A stretch of DNA of 64,000 nt. Origin: Barthelona sp. PCE. Its lineage: Eukaryota. The position numbers were made by a program, and so were the translations under genes. Positions 15,001 to 21,438 of this stretch are shown here, one piece after another. Location: assembly GCA_040285745.1 (NCBI GenBank), contig JAUFOR010000004.1, positions 62,001-126,000 on the forward strand. The letters are read 5' to 3'. Each line of letters starts with the position of its first letter. Within the stretch, counting starts at the first letter, position 1. The notes under the pieces are model-generated. The model was not told the DNA's origin, searched no databases, and saw only the letters and a list, made by a program, of their open reading frames with translations.

Positions 15001-18000
15001 TCAGCAAGTTCTGTTGCCAATCTTAAGCTACATCAATCCAACGGTGTTGTTAACGTTAATGACGGTGGTGTTGTTGACAATCTTAGTGAACTCGTTATGG
15101 ATGGTGGACTCCTCCACTTGCATCCTTCATCAACAGTCACTGCTACAAATAGCGACTTTACTATCAATAATGATGGTATATTCCAAGTTGATGAGAACGC
15201 TATTCTTTCTGTGTCAGATCCTGTCTTTACATTGAATGATAACGCTGAACTTGTGCTCGAGAACAACTCTTTGGTCTCACCATTTAATATTGAATCAATT
15301 ACCATGAAGGATGCATCCCATCTTGATCTTGGCACAAACAATGATCTCGTTATCAACACTGTTACTGTAAGTGATGATTCTGTTCTAGATGTTATGTCAG
15401 ATGTTGTCATCAACAATCTTACAACCACATCCGGATACATTAACAGTGATTGTGATTCATTCAGCCAGATAATCATGCAGTGTCATATTAGCAATATTTT
15501 CACTCTTGATTCTGTCAATCTGATTATTGAAAGCGACCAGTGTGTATTTGAGGATGTAAGCATTGAAGCTACAAACACAACCATCCGCTCACAACGTGGT
15601 GGTGATATTGTGCTCAACAATTCATCACTTAACTGTGTTAATAATTGTGATCTTGAGATCGCTCAGCTTTTTAATACTGAAAATAGTAACTTAATCAACT
15701 TTAACACAACATTCGAAGCCGGATCTACTTCAACAATTGCTACGGACAGTTCAACAACATTGGCTGAAAACGCAAACCTTCAGGGTTCTATGACGATCGA
15801 AGGTGCACTTGCCTTTACTGGTGATAACACAGCCACAATCGATGGCTCAGTTTCAATGAAGGGTATCATGACGATTGAAGATACAATGCAAGCTTCTCTT
15901 GGAGGTGAAATTTCATATAGTGGAGGTGAACTTCGTTGTATGAATAACTCGATTACAACCTTCACTGAAAGACAAGTTTCAGTTACCCCTACCATTGATA
16001 TATCGGACAATGCTCAAGTGTATTCACATTGTGATACTGACTTCAGAAATGCTGTTGTACTTAATCTCAGAGGTGGTTACGTCGAGTATAGACCTGATAC
16101 ATTACTTCTTGCTGTAACTAGTAACAATGGCCTGCTTAACATCACTGAGTGTTCAACCATTAGTGCCTTTGAGGTTGACTCTCTTGAAGAATCAATGCTT
16201 ATTTTTGGCGATGGAACAGACGTCACTGTATCTGATTCTATTACCATTGCTAATTCCACTGTCATTATTGAAGGTGGATCAACTGTCAATGCTCTGTCTC
16301 AGGACATCAGCATCGATGATGGTTCACTAAGCATTAAATCAGGAGCATCTGTTAATTTGGACAATGTTAATGTTATCGTTAATGGTGGTTCACTCATTGT
16401 AGAATCAAGCGCATTGACTGGTAATGATATCAACAGCGTACATCTTAAGAATGGTGTTATTACTCTGGACAATAATGTTAATATTGAAAAGATCATTATT
16501 GATGATGGTGTGCTCAACGGTACAGCTTCTATTCCAGAGTGTAACCTCACTTGGAGATCTGGAACTATCGAACTCACAACCCTCACTTGTGATACAGTTA
16601 TCTTCCATTGTGTTGACAGATCACTGTCTGACGTTCAGCACTTTGGTACATCATTCAAACTCATTCCTTTGAAATCACTTCTACTTGATGGTGAATGCGT
16701 ATCTGATATGAGCGATAACTCAAACCTCGAGATTAATGAGAGTATCGATTTCACTTTCAACACATCGTGGGTCGTAAATGATTTATCATCTGGTACATCA
16801 TCAGTATCTATTAATAGAGACATTATTAGTCGTACCAACGATTATATTTTCATTGAACCTGAGACCATATGTAGCGGTGACGTAATTGTCAACACCAGCA
16901 CACAAATTGGTTTTGGTAAACTGAGTATTGATGCTGATTCCAACATCTTCATGAATGGAGGACGTATTGATTTCATTGAGCCGATTCACTATACTAATAC
17001 AATTCTTACTGGCCATGGTCATATGAACGGTACAGTGCTCACACACAATTCTACAATTGATACATTTGAGGGACTCCGCTTCCTCAACCTCAACATGGAC
17101 GAACTATCCGGTTTCGATGCTAGAATCATTAATGAAACGCATTACTCATCGATTCGTATTGATGAACATGCTCATATTAATGGTACATTCTTCCTGAGAT
17201 TCTCGCTCACTAGCTCTTTTGCACGTGGAACACCATTCTATTTCATAGAAGCAGGTGACCGTACGGGAACCTTCAACGAGACAATTGGTGACTGTTTGAT
17301 TAACTTCAACTTTATTTACACCAACTATCTCTTTTATGCTGAAATTGGTCGTTCTGTTACACAAGCCCTTGGAATTGAAGTCCACGTTTCAGTGAACGGT
17401 TTCGATTCCCTTTGTTGTGGTGATCTGGAGACACCTTGTCGTACATTCACTGCTGCCATGGGACGTGCCACACAGGGTGATGATATCATCGTTCATCCTG
17501 GTGAGTATTCTGGCTCTGACTACCTGCCACTTTCTCTTGACGGAGACTACTCTGCTTCAATAACTGCCTATGATCCTAATGATCGACCAATCTTCGATTG
17601 TAACGGTGCACGTGTTGGTATTGCTTATAGTAATGCCTTAGGTATTGAAGATGAAAACGGCGATATCATGTATCCGTCAATCAAAAATATTGAAATCCGT
17701 AACTGTGTATCACATGCCCTGTATATCCAAACTTCAGTTATATCTGTTGAAAATATTCATCTTGAAGGTAACTCTGGATCGATGGGTGCTGGTGTCTACA
17801 TTGCCCAATCAACGCTTTCAATGGTTAACACCCTTATTGTTGATCATGATGCTCTTCTGGGTGGTGCAGCTTTCCATATGACAATGTCCAATGTTACGCT
17901 CGATAATGTTCGCGTATCAGAAGTAACTGCACCAGAAGGTGCTGTGATTAGTGCAGATGAATCTCAGATTTCGATCAACGAACTCTCATGTACTTCGATT

Positions 18001-21000
18001 AATGGTAATGCACCTATTGCACTTTTCCACTCTCAGATAGAGGGTTCCATTTATCTAGTCGATTCAACAGCAAATGTTAACGGTATCTTTATGGCTTCTG
18101 CATCATCAATAGTGCTCGATGTCAAGATGCTTGATATCTCTGTTAAGGATGGTCCTGCATTTTTCCAAGCACAGGATTGTAATGTAACATTATCAAAGTT
18201 GTTGTACAGTGGTGCGGTTTCAAACGCTGGAGATATTAACGAAGTTCATAAACCCAGCGGTCTCTTTGTTTCAGAGCGTTCAATAGTTAACATTGATACA
18301 ATTGATGTTGAAGGCATTGAGGATTTTGTATTCTCAGCTCTCGACTCAGATGTGCATCTCACTAACTTACATGTTGACGATGTATCATGTACAAGCGATG
18401 ATTCAATGATCCAGATTCTTCATTCAGATGTACATGTTAATAACATTGAATTGCTTAACGCTAATCTTGACTCGGCTTCAATCGTAGTAGATGACTCGTC
18501 ACTTACAATCAAGAACTCTCGCTTTGAGAATATTGCAGTTAGTGACAGTTATGGTCTTATCAACATCATTGATGGTGAAAGTGTGACAATTTCGAATGTG
18601 ACATTCAAGAATGTTTCTTCTAGTGGATTTGGTGGTGCAATCAGTGTTCAAAGCTCATTCAATGGTGAAATAACTGTTGTTGACAGTACATTTGAAGATT
18701 GTTCTGCAAACGTTGCCGGTGGTGCTATTGTTGTCTTCAATAATAATGATATTGTTATATATAATACTGATTTCCGTTCCAACAAAGCACAACTTTTTGG
18801 CGGTGCAATTTGTCTCCTTGATAGTGATACTGCTGAGGACGTGTACAATATTGGAACTCTAGATGCTTCTTGGAAGGAGCACGCCCAAAAACTCATTACA
18901 AGACAGAGCGATGACATTCACATTGAAGGGTGTACATTTGCTGATAATGTAGTTCTTGATGCAGGTGGTGCTATCTACACAAACCTGGTTCAAGTTCCTG
19001 ATCTAGAATCAAACACTTTTGAGAATTCTAATATGGCTCAAGGTTACGGATCCAATATCGCAACTGATCCACGTTCTCTACGTGTTGACCTTGTGGTTGA
19101 ACCTCAAGACGGTGACTCTGTTGATCGACCCAAGACGCTGGTGTTCTCTGTTGTGGACCGTTTCAACAACACTGTTGTGCTCGATAACGATCGTGTCATA
19201 ACGATTGAAGCTTCTTCTGCCAAGTTCGCCCTCCGTGGTCAGCTCACAAACCCCACAACTGAGGGTCATGTAACGTTTGAAAACATTACTGTCATTGGTG
19301 GTCCATCCGTCTATGACATATACGCAGTCACTCCTGGTCTTGCTTTTGCCACTGCTCAAGTTACGAAACTCCTTTGTTCAGAAGGTGAAGGTTTTGAAGG
19401 TGGTACTTGTCAACCTTGTGCTGTAGGTACATATAGTCCCGCTCCCACTACTGGTGCATGCCTTGCATGTCCTGATGGTGAGTGGACAACTGAGCAGGGT
19501 GCTCTATCATGTTCACCTTGCCCTGTGGGTATGTATTCAAACGCTTCAACAACTGGTTGTACCCGTTGTGATACATATTCTTTTGCTGCTTATCAAGGTT
19601 CAAATCACTGTGATTCTTGTCCACTCAACACAATGGCATCCGAAGCTGGTGACAAATGTATCTGTCAGGGTGACTTGTTCCCCTTCATTGCTTCTAATGG
19701 TACCATTGTGTGTGATTTATGTCCCACAGGTCTCATTTGCTTCGGTGACTCATTCTGTGTAACCGAAGGTTACTGGATGGCTTCATCTGGTGAGGTTATC
19801 AAGTGTACTACTGATGGTTGTCCAGGTAACTGTACAGTCACCAAAGAGGGTGGTAACGCAACCACCACTGATAATCAGTGCTCTGATGGATTCTCTGGTG
19901 AACAGTGTATTCAGTGTGAAGTAGGCCGTGTATTTACCAACCCCGCATGCCAAACATGCCCCGGTATTTGGTTTACCATCACTGTACTTATGGCATGTGT
20001 TATTGTTTATACTGGATTATTCCTATTCATGGCTAACGATGTCAAAAACGGAATGCAGAATAGTGGTGCTATTGTGACATTCATAAGGTTTATACAAATG
20101 CTCGCCTCAGTCCGCTCAACTTGTTCGTATTTCTTCCCTGATAGCTTCCAGTGGGTCATGTACTTCCTTGACATTATCACACTTGATATGTCGAAGCGCC
20201 ATCTCTGGCGTTGTTTTACTGAGAGTGTGACTATGCCTTTAGCTTTCATAATCACTTTTGCTATTCCAGTCATCGTCTGGTTCATTACGAAAATGTACGG
20301 AAAACGTGCTAAACACGATTTCAACAAGCCTGGCATGACACCAAAGTTACGCGGACATCTTTACTTCAACTACTTCATGTTGTTGTTCAGCGCTATCATA
20401 TACCATCTGGTCTTCCAACCTCTTGCATGTCGTCAAATTGCAGATGATGTTTACCTTACTGCTGATCCCACTCAGAAGTGTTTCCAGGATAATTGGACCA
20501 CCTTAGCCTTCATATCGTTTGCTGCGATTGTTGGTTTTGTCGTTATTGAAGTGTATATGATCATTAAGCGTCAGCCTCCAAAGTCCTCGTATTCAGCTGA
20601 TAGCACTGGTATCATGCTGAACCATCATATGGAGGCAATCACTGCTGCGTATCGTAGCAAGAAATACCTGCCGGAAATCTTGGAGCAGGTCTATATCATC
20701 ATTATTGTTGGTATTCTATTTATGCTACCTCGTGGTTCATTGGTACAAAGTATTGTTGGTCTCGTCACATGCTGTATCTTTATGGGTATACATGCGGCCA
20801 TCAAACCATACAACGGAGACGTCTCAAATATGCAGTATCTTTACGACTTCTCTCTTGTACTAATCTTCTTCTACGGATTCATCATCACTTTGGATCCTGA
20901 TACTGCTGCTAACAGCGATACTGGTGTCGTCACAGGTTGGATACTCGCTATCTTCTTACTATGTGTCGTCGTTTATGCTATCTTTGTTAACGTACGCATT

Positions 21001-21189
21001 GCTATGAAACGCCAATTCTCTGCTCCTAAGCACAAGAGCGCTGGCGGATTTAGACCCAACCTACTACTTAATCCTCTTGTTTCCATTGGTGAAGGAGGAA
21101 GAAACCATAGGTCGTCAACGAATTCTCTTAGCAGCTTCCAAAATTCATCCACTTTGGATTTCGATGATTTTAGTGATTTTACTTACTAA
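1..21189 (+). CDS. Giant cell-surface/membrane protein, 5'-partial (>7,060 aa): ~345-aa beta-solenoid-like tandem repeats, right-handed beta-helix region with GGAI (Pmp-like) motifs, Cys-rich (GCC2/GCC3-like) repeats, C-terminal multi-pass TM domain
   Basis: Frame 1 is open from base 1 (ACT TCA CTG TTC...), so the TTG start at 82 is not the real start. Recurrent GGxRxG..V / WxxGxI / NxGxLxK motifs. VHVSVNGFDSLCCGDLETPCRT..IIVHPGEY (~17380) is a typical beta-helix lead-in. GGAISV/GGAIVV/GGAICL/GGAIYT at ~18630-18980. CxxCxxGxY repeats at ~19370-19960. Several hydrophobic helices at ~19965-21000. Stop TAA at 21187-21189. Confidence 0.9.
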   Translation, partial: TSLFFSPVGSDLISVQKLLHTGAIFRNLGDFAARPVDGGSKDPSVIHAEDKAMIVNSESSTMEIKSLMALWYIGESSTAVEMPIFENAGTLLLNTQAKVIVDFVFKQSGDLHLELAEIVLRRGGSATNGQLHLDLMSQMYVGPSTESFDTHDLNETIYFTMSENAHFFCDSIMILETDTVFTVLGSAKFGEKSKADIRGGGLMIVDNATVDPWGILDVACEFVFKNISDDMHFDYLIAGPGGDVRFETGVNQSIEILYVDDGYRSGFDTVHVISVMKVLGGGFKGNGVTITDDISNIDLASIVSSENHQLLFPVQISKFETNDFFWRFDSNSFIHNYDSLRFRSDVMTILATGCDAPDFVYPMWINHNNISVETEKVDFGAIYFGDYDSFLYIDDEGTWVPGLSPSKTRNPTIHFHHGAAGNGTIWIPNGQNIMFNDISFMDVNSTLHAQNSLVQVGAMDNFGYYSTWFCHDNEHTFGTKGHVCLLNVTVRGYGRFLMQPNSTFCLDSRIKFDVNVTIDSDVMLKELVINGNFCIYRSIKVLEHFEWISGELQCGGSIIVLGNGLVHTDEYKGVVNGTTLDNRGTMLFDEDAWIAADPRARIVNRANATLEFAHNVTLYLHDSYEWYNMTTETGGWPYLVNQGRFVRQSGDGDIGWAFQQDDTGVFDISSGADVYMSGVANISGLVNILNTGSEMIFLNDTQFIGNGTIYLDKGRFAVDDVGASVYFRSTGELSASPESNFVHRKGRIVVDSPNFSITIPNLKVSDVGSQVVFNTVSCPFYIPSLEIVNKAEVMFDTDCDNIRVANFTINDAIRSGNDDVKALENLITSDMMFKDGGSITILANASFRATSDLTMIDTSSFIFNEESESTFTALSLIMNDDTRLHVSGDISHVGSVNYINTTDSTAEIHVYPTGEIKQATTAVSNIYVNIWTNGSIHALDDKVYLHSNITCLNGNITADSEMYFTGSSNVYIGGDCVLQGSGDLYIQSHTLMEDGILDFSGCIYIEKPDGFLEIVGGYVESLHICRVENNVRIFNISMNAFDIDLFVDGEINVENVTVTSIIIDDVMGSDSSHDQVFNILNTTVDLLTLPKSREGSFNIYDSDVDSVDTLNFIFGHSYNDGHFLNCFSGYLNLNGTAIEINRGGINVHSACSVLFNNTDVRLLSKGDIDIANGSLVEGSIIDNIYCQNGMLRSNDTTLLTINTTDIRGCAVGGVNVDIPYLDIREGGLFGTLNLTNSFHIHGTSAIHISNDTFITLDNGLWEDGKVFIGDSAYIHCPVDCAFVMDRPAGIFEEDDVSNYAHMQIDGTLNITARSSTEFEIVLNNTGSIYQDNGIWEIYRGGVTYNNGSIILTDNNAEFRLKSPYLFDEESYLYSNGTIGLRQFNANLTSYGYVHVCDPGEIYIKGGALRLHGAVVECIDTEYYDGDIDFEPTTEGCDILFPWVEDLADFDDIREICQIWIGELRDDGEVTFYNGDTELFHIEWIKKGPIYFGMGSYIGSMHVDRMDESTWILGNGTIVDEITTMVLTESVSQFIVKENATVNATNASFTVTDGVVLFDTNAQVVADCLHLILDGSAEFIIKENGAQDPIRICSAVLSDTASIQIYDGANVIIEELVMNDESSIDSTTLVNVTGTVDISGGSIGNDTVLGFDGSSTVGFSLSDPFTFGFGSYVEFHSNVTVEGNSPLIFSDDARVFNYYRFTIEEEKAFVMEAVGVGTGKFTNKRGGIFTFKGSDNPSKFDIIRCKIRNDGELNIDANGTTGGLFLEGELTNDWIFNMDSNLQLTVRKDGSLINNKNMIDTNTTFSQAVISIKGDSSHTPSFIQNDVLTTKANLFASDATVNFTESSVSQGISKAYILDEATLDISGQYITPLNLHDTSGVVSVVNNGNIKVGYVQITDNDGLFQTTSGGTAICDDFTSFVLDHGKVQLGDFSSVELRGSIELNNDGEFFIGRINNDSILRPNEITLNDETSFSANCEPSIIVTLNEVTQNDDSNFGGTSAMELVGVFDMIDGNIVDSGEMAVRTGANFNVKQGGTKTISKFNINVEGEFNIADRFDGSDDALIVNTNTGSIVMTDNAEFQSSNNDAYIHNNGTMNQTSTETVPLNWNIDSSGEFYLENGTLLMQKPSMFHNYGSFSISDPSYWMIENNLVNHFPALISGDGIIFMQNDADVINRGDINLATPAIVIGGAKLTMLDSDPVEKLPLVIDTDGSVVIDGGVISDLSAKLNGTTPTSSLTVTTGTVSNFTSLELMNEGSVILEGGSVIFDWSRIEMWDNTDIIVRDNMIVELENTDVILHDNTYFKGADSLDNVNVWTFDEVIINDNAIFDLSVPALQTINKLTILDSGIREGSSTINIVNDMEWVAGTVRGAGETEIIYGAELNIADTNGRVYIGGDHELRIVGKAHVLNDVTVEALNSTDSLIRVVNGGVLNMTDANFEGGARIFVETSSDLRLEKGVQSLDADILVSGIATCADCSATLKNLFELNGDASIEGVGDVNVWDDMSITSSGNLFGAIGTEINILNNGVLRTDQSSHIDAVINVFDGLLLLNSGDANRLNITLDDAAANLTCVAETILSMDLLVNSGQVFFQPGCTVQHLSPVIINDGQVYIEGATISLEYSPVTLNNPTSVFEINSSNMRIQNTDLTINEGLFNITGDTETSDRFRNVKIFNNGQFNIDEQSHELYIYETLLDDGTFSGAADVHSHNIIWRAGTITGPSTIRSSAVVTLETVAHKYLKDGRTLETGETTLFNDGTLHGGYNTTFRNWGIFTVNNLGQFINDVPENETLVSGPHFLNNNQFNMNADVTDDFYMNWKFTHSEPATMSLDSGRMHFNAIGLADFIGDIVVSEDAVMDFDDTNALFEELSSIIVRGVISTTDCLANVTFNGDVNIPGDMMIVCGNVYVQHATVDNLNATVKSAGTMSVEYTTVATLNYKNILSLGSVTMRNSNINTIQDINVHDGSFRIDDSEFNLSNDTLFHTTNENAVFVLGDNLILPNIDYATILIEDGHFTINPTSHTDELSFGLIQIKGSTLEKATLEANIPHNLSALIIEVNQGLSVGESRLIAYDELRWTGGGFVGPTETYSMTDLTIAGTVPMYLDEGHSLWNFGNTSFTQGIINAGEYTNIINRPYAMFEIGGGGDIVIANGTGDSFPYIFNMENATLLKTGAPVKFNLLPALRNEGLMHVESGILAIGTDSWSNGDTLIEDNCILELTGDFKFTADSYIEGIGELHLTKSTSNVTVFGVFNQSGDVIIFDGDIYFNNGSSIDYMSLRVRGGNSHFLDGSVVPHMSVPEVSAGEVIIYDGGITNQISKLDVSGTGKVDIQSGSFFNMTDGEMRIAGSGEILFANNSNGNIIDSVFTLSGGNLILDYHSVNTANFSDCTFLGGILETYLPITTYCVNLTMTGGIRKGSGDLVILENGEVIGGRLQDGSVTTIMGYMDLHPTNTLFIEFSHVLQNNGSSIWHNGVIRADETSVLHNHAGATLEITDVATISAISSQPPLFQNDGLLKKTASSPFTLTVRFWNTLEASTEILSGSMVILGTALNDGYFFLDDATDVTVNDGVLRFGEESIFQGPGSLTLNHVNAFVFADGFMNVTGKYQVNNGHLYFNGSLLNVSTIDLIVNNGECLFENCSITELQVDMNGGSIEIQPLANIYQLTTLDVSGGDTTVQNGAFVKAYNSVFKHTGGNFFISQNATVDIVGSNITQSGGYVEFDSFSFVNVNFTYCELTGGELKTMLHVPTFCDTYKQTGGTRSGEGDVIVHDYLELVGGRIIDNSTTISESEMLVTATNTLYMETGHQIINHGNASFLNGVIRGHGSTGIYNSPTGDLQISDSITYSTSDSTQPTLINDGLLVKVGPNSFIATVNVINNNDFIVSKGSFDIRGDTVTNGELSIEEDADVTVNSGGSLIASDTNRISGLGTVIINHSTATAFIDGTEQFTGDFIVNHGNLYVNGTNMNGDTFNLRQIGGTTHFDAVEVSYLNVKEATGGIIDFNEDSVIIKLANLDVSGSIVNFNNKSDVFIDDGNITISSGAIQFHEGARVRSSTSRLSQTGGDVSIAENSFVSEPHFDYCEMLGGFITVDQQLRCDEMLLDGGVRSGNADVFITNLLTVVSGTLSGTSRTVSETQLLLNCSGSSNLQDNHELTVISDGDFFSGQLNMHSSALINVTIGSKLTLHSNAVLNNVDDAAHATLVNNGQLEKVGTGAFEAEVDVINNGDFNILAGEFVMENDAVVINNDYWNTHGGAISRVRDAKFTAMNTSLISGNGRWFLSNTDALVEVDGVVDTVGCWFVENGILLFNGSQLSMNKICMFVSGGLIDIDSAEIVELLVNDMTAGNFIIENNATIDQLSVLKQSGGSFNIENSTITSDTAEFVFTGGDFVADEGKLAIHDSTMVVKGGDVTFLDDSTPLFNITDLELTSGKLTVTDTNMDHYVDRMIMKGGSLNGDSTLTVYNLTLIGGTLADAGVTDVLTVLTLDCSNTPILTHTHIVRNHDEAYWNSGTLQVDADALLHNADGAQMYLSGGANYEKNGVTEPVLLNNGDLFKIDDNTFATSTTFNNTGNGVVHIQEGIFQIDGTTNQDNVWISDGDTRIMGDMIFDRDSFTNGTGNFVLDTSASFTKVSGTVDTDGVWIVNNGLLNFTGDGLDINDLQLDINYGTTNIDGANIATTTITVDDGDLHIISSTIDQLDVLNTTHTNSVVDVVGSTLTSDRGAFNIEDGEVQLSDDTTFESSDSVLTQESGVITLLNDGATMHMKSVILNDGVLNVSSRVPLTVDEFEMNGGTRTGTTNVNADELRFYNGVLDGNAVTQAIDILDINTALSPELKNDHTLHMFGIADWNDGTLRASNDSLFLVDSRGTLNITGDSHFLKSGPQEPTLQNNGKLFKNGNEPFIISANVVNNGGVNIVNGSFVIEGRADNNNNWKTVSPAETIVIDTLNLASTSTLSGDGTYRIQDPAAVVNGDGNIFTDQCWMVEHGSVLLDGTSLSTSILCMNVTATDSLVNISASSVANLKLHQSNGVVNVNDGGVVDNLSELVMDGGLLHLHPSSTVTATNSDFTINNDGIFQVDENAILSVSDPVFTLNDNAELVLENNSLVSPFNIESITMKDASHLDLGTNNDLVINTVTVSDDSVLDVMSDVVINNLTTTSGYINSDCDSFSQIIMQCHISNIFTLDSVNLIIESDQCVFEDVSIEATNTTIRSQRGGDIVLNNSSLNCVNNCDLEIAQLFNTENSNLINFNTTFEAGSTSTIATDSSTTLAENANLQGSMTIEGALAFTGDNTATIDGSVSMKGIMTIEDTMQASLGGEISYSGGELRCMNNSITTFTERQVSVTPTIDISDNAQVYSHCDTDFRNAVVLNLRGGYVEYRPDTLLLAVTSNNGLLNITECSTISAFEVDSLEESMLIFGDGTDVTVSDSITIANSTVIIEGGSTVNALSQDISIDDGSLSIKSGASVNLDNVNVIVNGGSLIVESSALTGNDINSVHLKNGVITLDNNVNIEKIIIDDGVLNGTASIPECNLTWRSGTIELTTLTCDTVIFHCVDRSLSDVQHFGTSFKLIPLKSLLLDGECVSDMSDNSNLEINESIDFTFNTSWVVNDLSSGTSSVSINRDIISRTNDYIFIEPETICSGDVIVNTSTQIGFGKLSIDADSNIFMNGGRIDFIEPIHYTNTILTGHGHMNGTVLTHNSTIDTFEGLRFLNLNMDELSGFDARIINETHYSSIRIDEHAHINGTFFLRFSLTSSFARGTPFYFIEAGDRTGTFNETIGDCLINFNFIYTNYLFYAEIGRSVTQALGIEVHVSVNGFDSLCCGDLETPCRTFTAAMGRATQGDDIIVHPGEYSGSDYLPLSLDGDYSASITAYDPNDRPIFDCNGARVGIAYSNALGIEDENGDIMYPSIKNIEIRNCVSHALYIQTSVISVENIHLEGNSGSMGAGVYIAQSTLSMVNTLIVDHDALLGGAAFHMTMSNVTLDNVRVSEVTAPEGAVISADESQISINELSCTSINGNAPIALFHSQIEGSIYLVDSTANVNGIFMASASSIVLDVKMLDISVKDGPAFFQAQDCNVTLSKLLYSGAVSNAGDINEVHKPSGLFVSERSIVNIDTIDVEGIEDFVFSALDSDVHLTNLHVDDVSCTSDDSMIQILHSDVHVNNIELLNANLDSASIVVDDSSLTIKNSRFENIAVSDSYGLINIIDGESVTISNVTFKNVSSSGFGGAISVQSSFNGEITVVDSTFEDCSANVAGGAIVVFNNNDIVIYNTDFRSNKAQLFGGAICLLDSDTAEDVYNIGTLDASWKEHAQKLITRQSDDIHIEGCTFADNVVLDAGGAIYTNLVQVPDLESNTFENSNMAQGYGSNIATDPRSLRVDLVVEPQDGDSVDRPKTLVFSVVDRFNNTVVLDNDRVITIEASSAKFALRGQLTNPTTEGHVTFENITVIGGPSVYDIYAVTPGLAFATAQVTKLLCSEGEGFEGGTCQPCAVGTYSPAPTTGACLACPDGEWTTEQGALSCSPCPVGMYSNASTTGCTRCDTYSFAAYQGSNHCDSCPLNTMASEAGDKCICQGDLFPFIASNGTIVCDLCPTGLICFGDSFCVTEGYWMASSGEVIKCTTDGCPGNCTVTKEGGNATTTDNQCSDGFSGEQCIQCEVGRVFTNPACQTCPGIWFTITVLMACVIVYTGLFLFMANDVKNGMQNSGAIVTFIRFIQMLASVRSTCSYFFPDSFQWVMYFLDIITLDMSKRHLWRCFTESVTMPLAFIITFAIPVIVWFITKMYGKRAKHDFNKPGMTPKLRGHLYFNYFMLLFSAIIYHLVFQPLACRQIADDVYLTADPTQKCFQDNWTTLAFISFAAIVGFVVIEVYMIIKRQPPKSSYSADSTGIMLNHHMEAITAAYRSKKYLPEILEQVYIIIIVGILFMLPRGSLVQSIVGLVTCCIFMGIHAAIKPYNGDVSNMQYLYDFSLVLIFFYGFIITLDPDTAANSDTGVVTGWILAIFLLCVVVYAIFVNVRIAMKRQFSAPKHKSAGGFRPNLLLNPLVSIGEGGRNHRSSTNSLSSFQNSSTLDFDDFSDFTY

Positions 21190-21438
21190 GAACTCATCCC
21201 ATTTACTTGCAACGTGAATCATCTTTTCTTCTCATTTAATCGTTTGGGAATATCCTAACATTTCCATTACGCTTTTTTACTTCTTATTTGTTTCTAATCT
21301 TTCTGTGTACCACGTTCATCAATCATCATCATTGTATTAATCATATCTTGCCAAAAGGCAAGTTTGCAAAATTAATAAATTCTAGATATACGTTAATTTG
21401 TGAATTATCTAATGACACCTTTCCAAATTACAATTATT

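Noticed and set aside
308-20336. Dozens of 60-160 aa ORFs nested in the giant gene
   Set aside because: Antisense or off-frame by-products of T-ending codon bias; many start at non-ATG codons.
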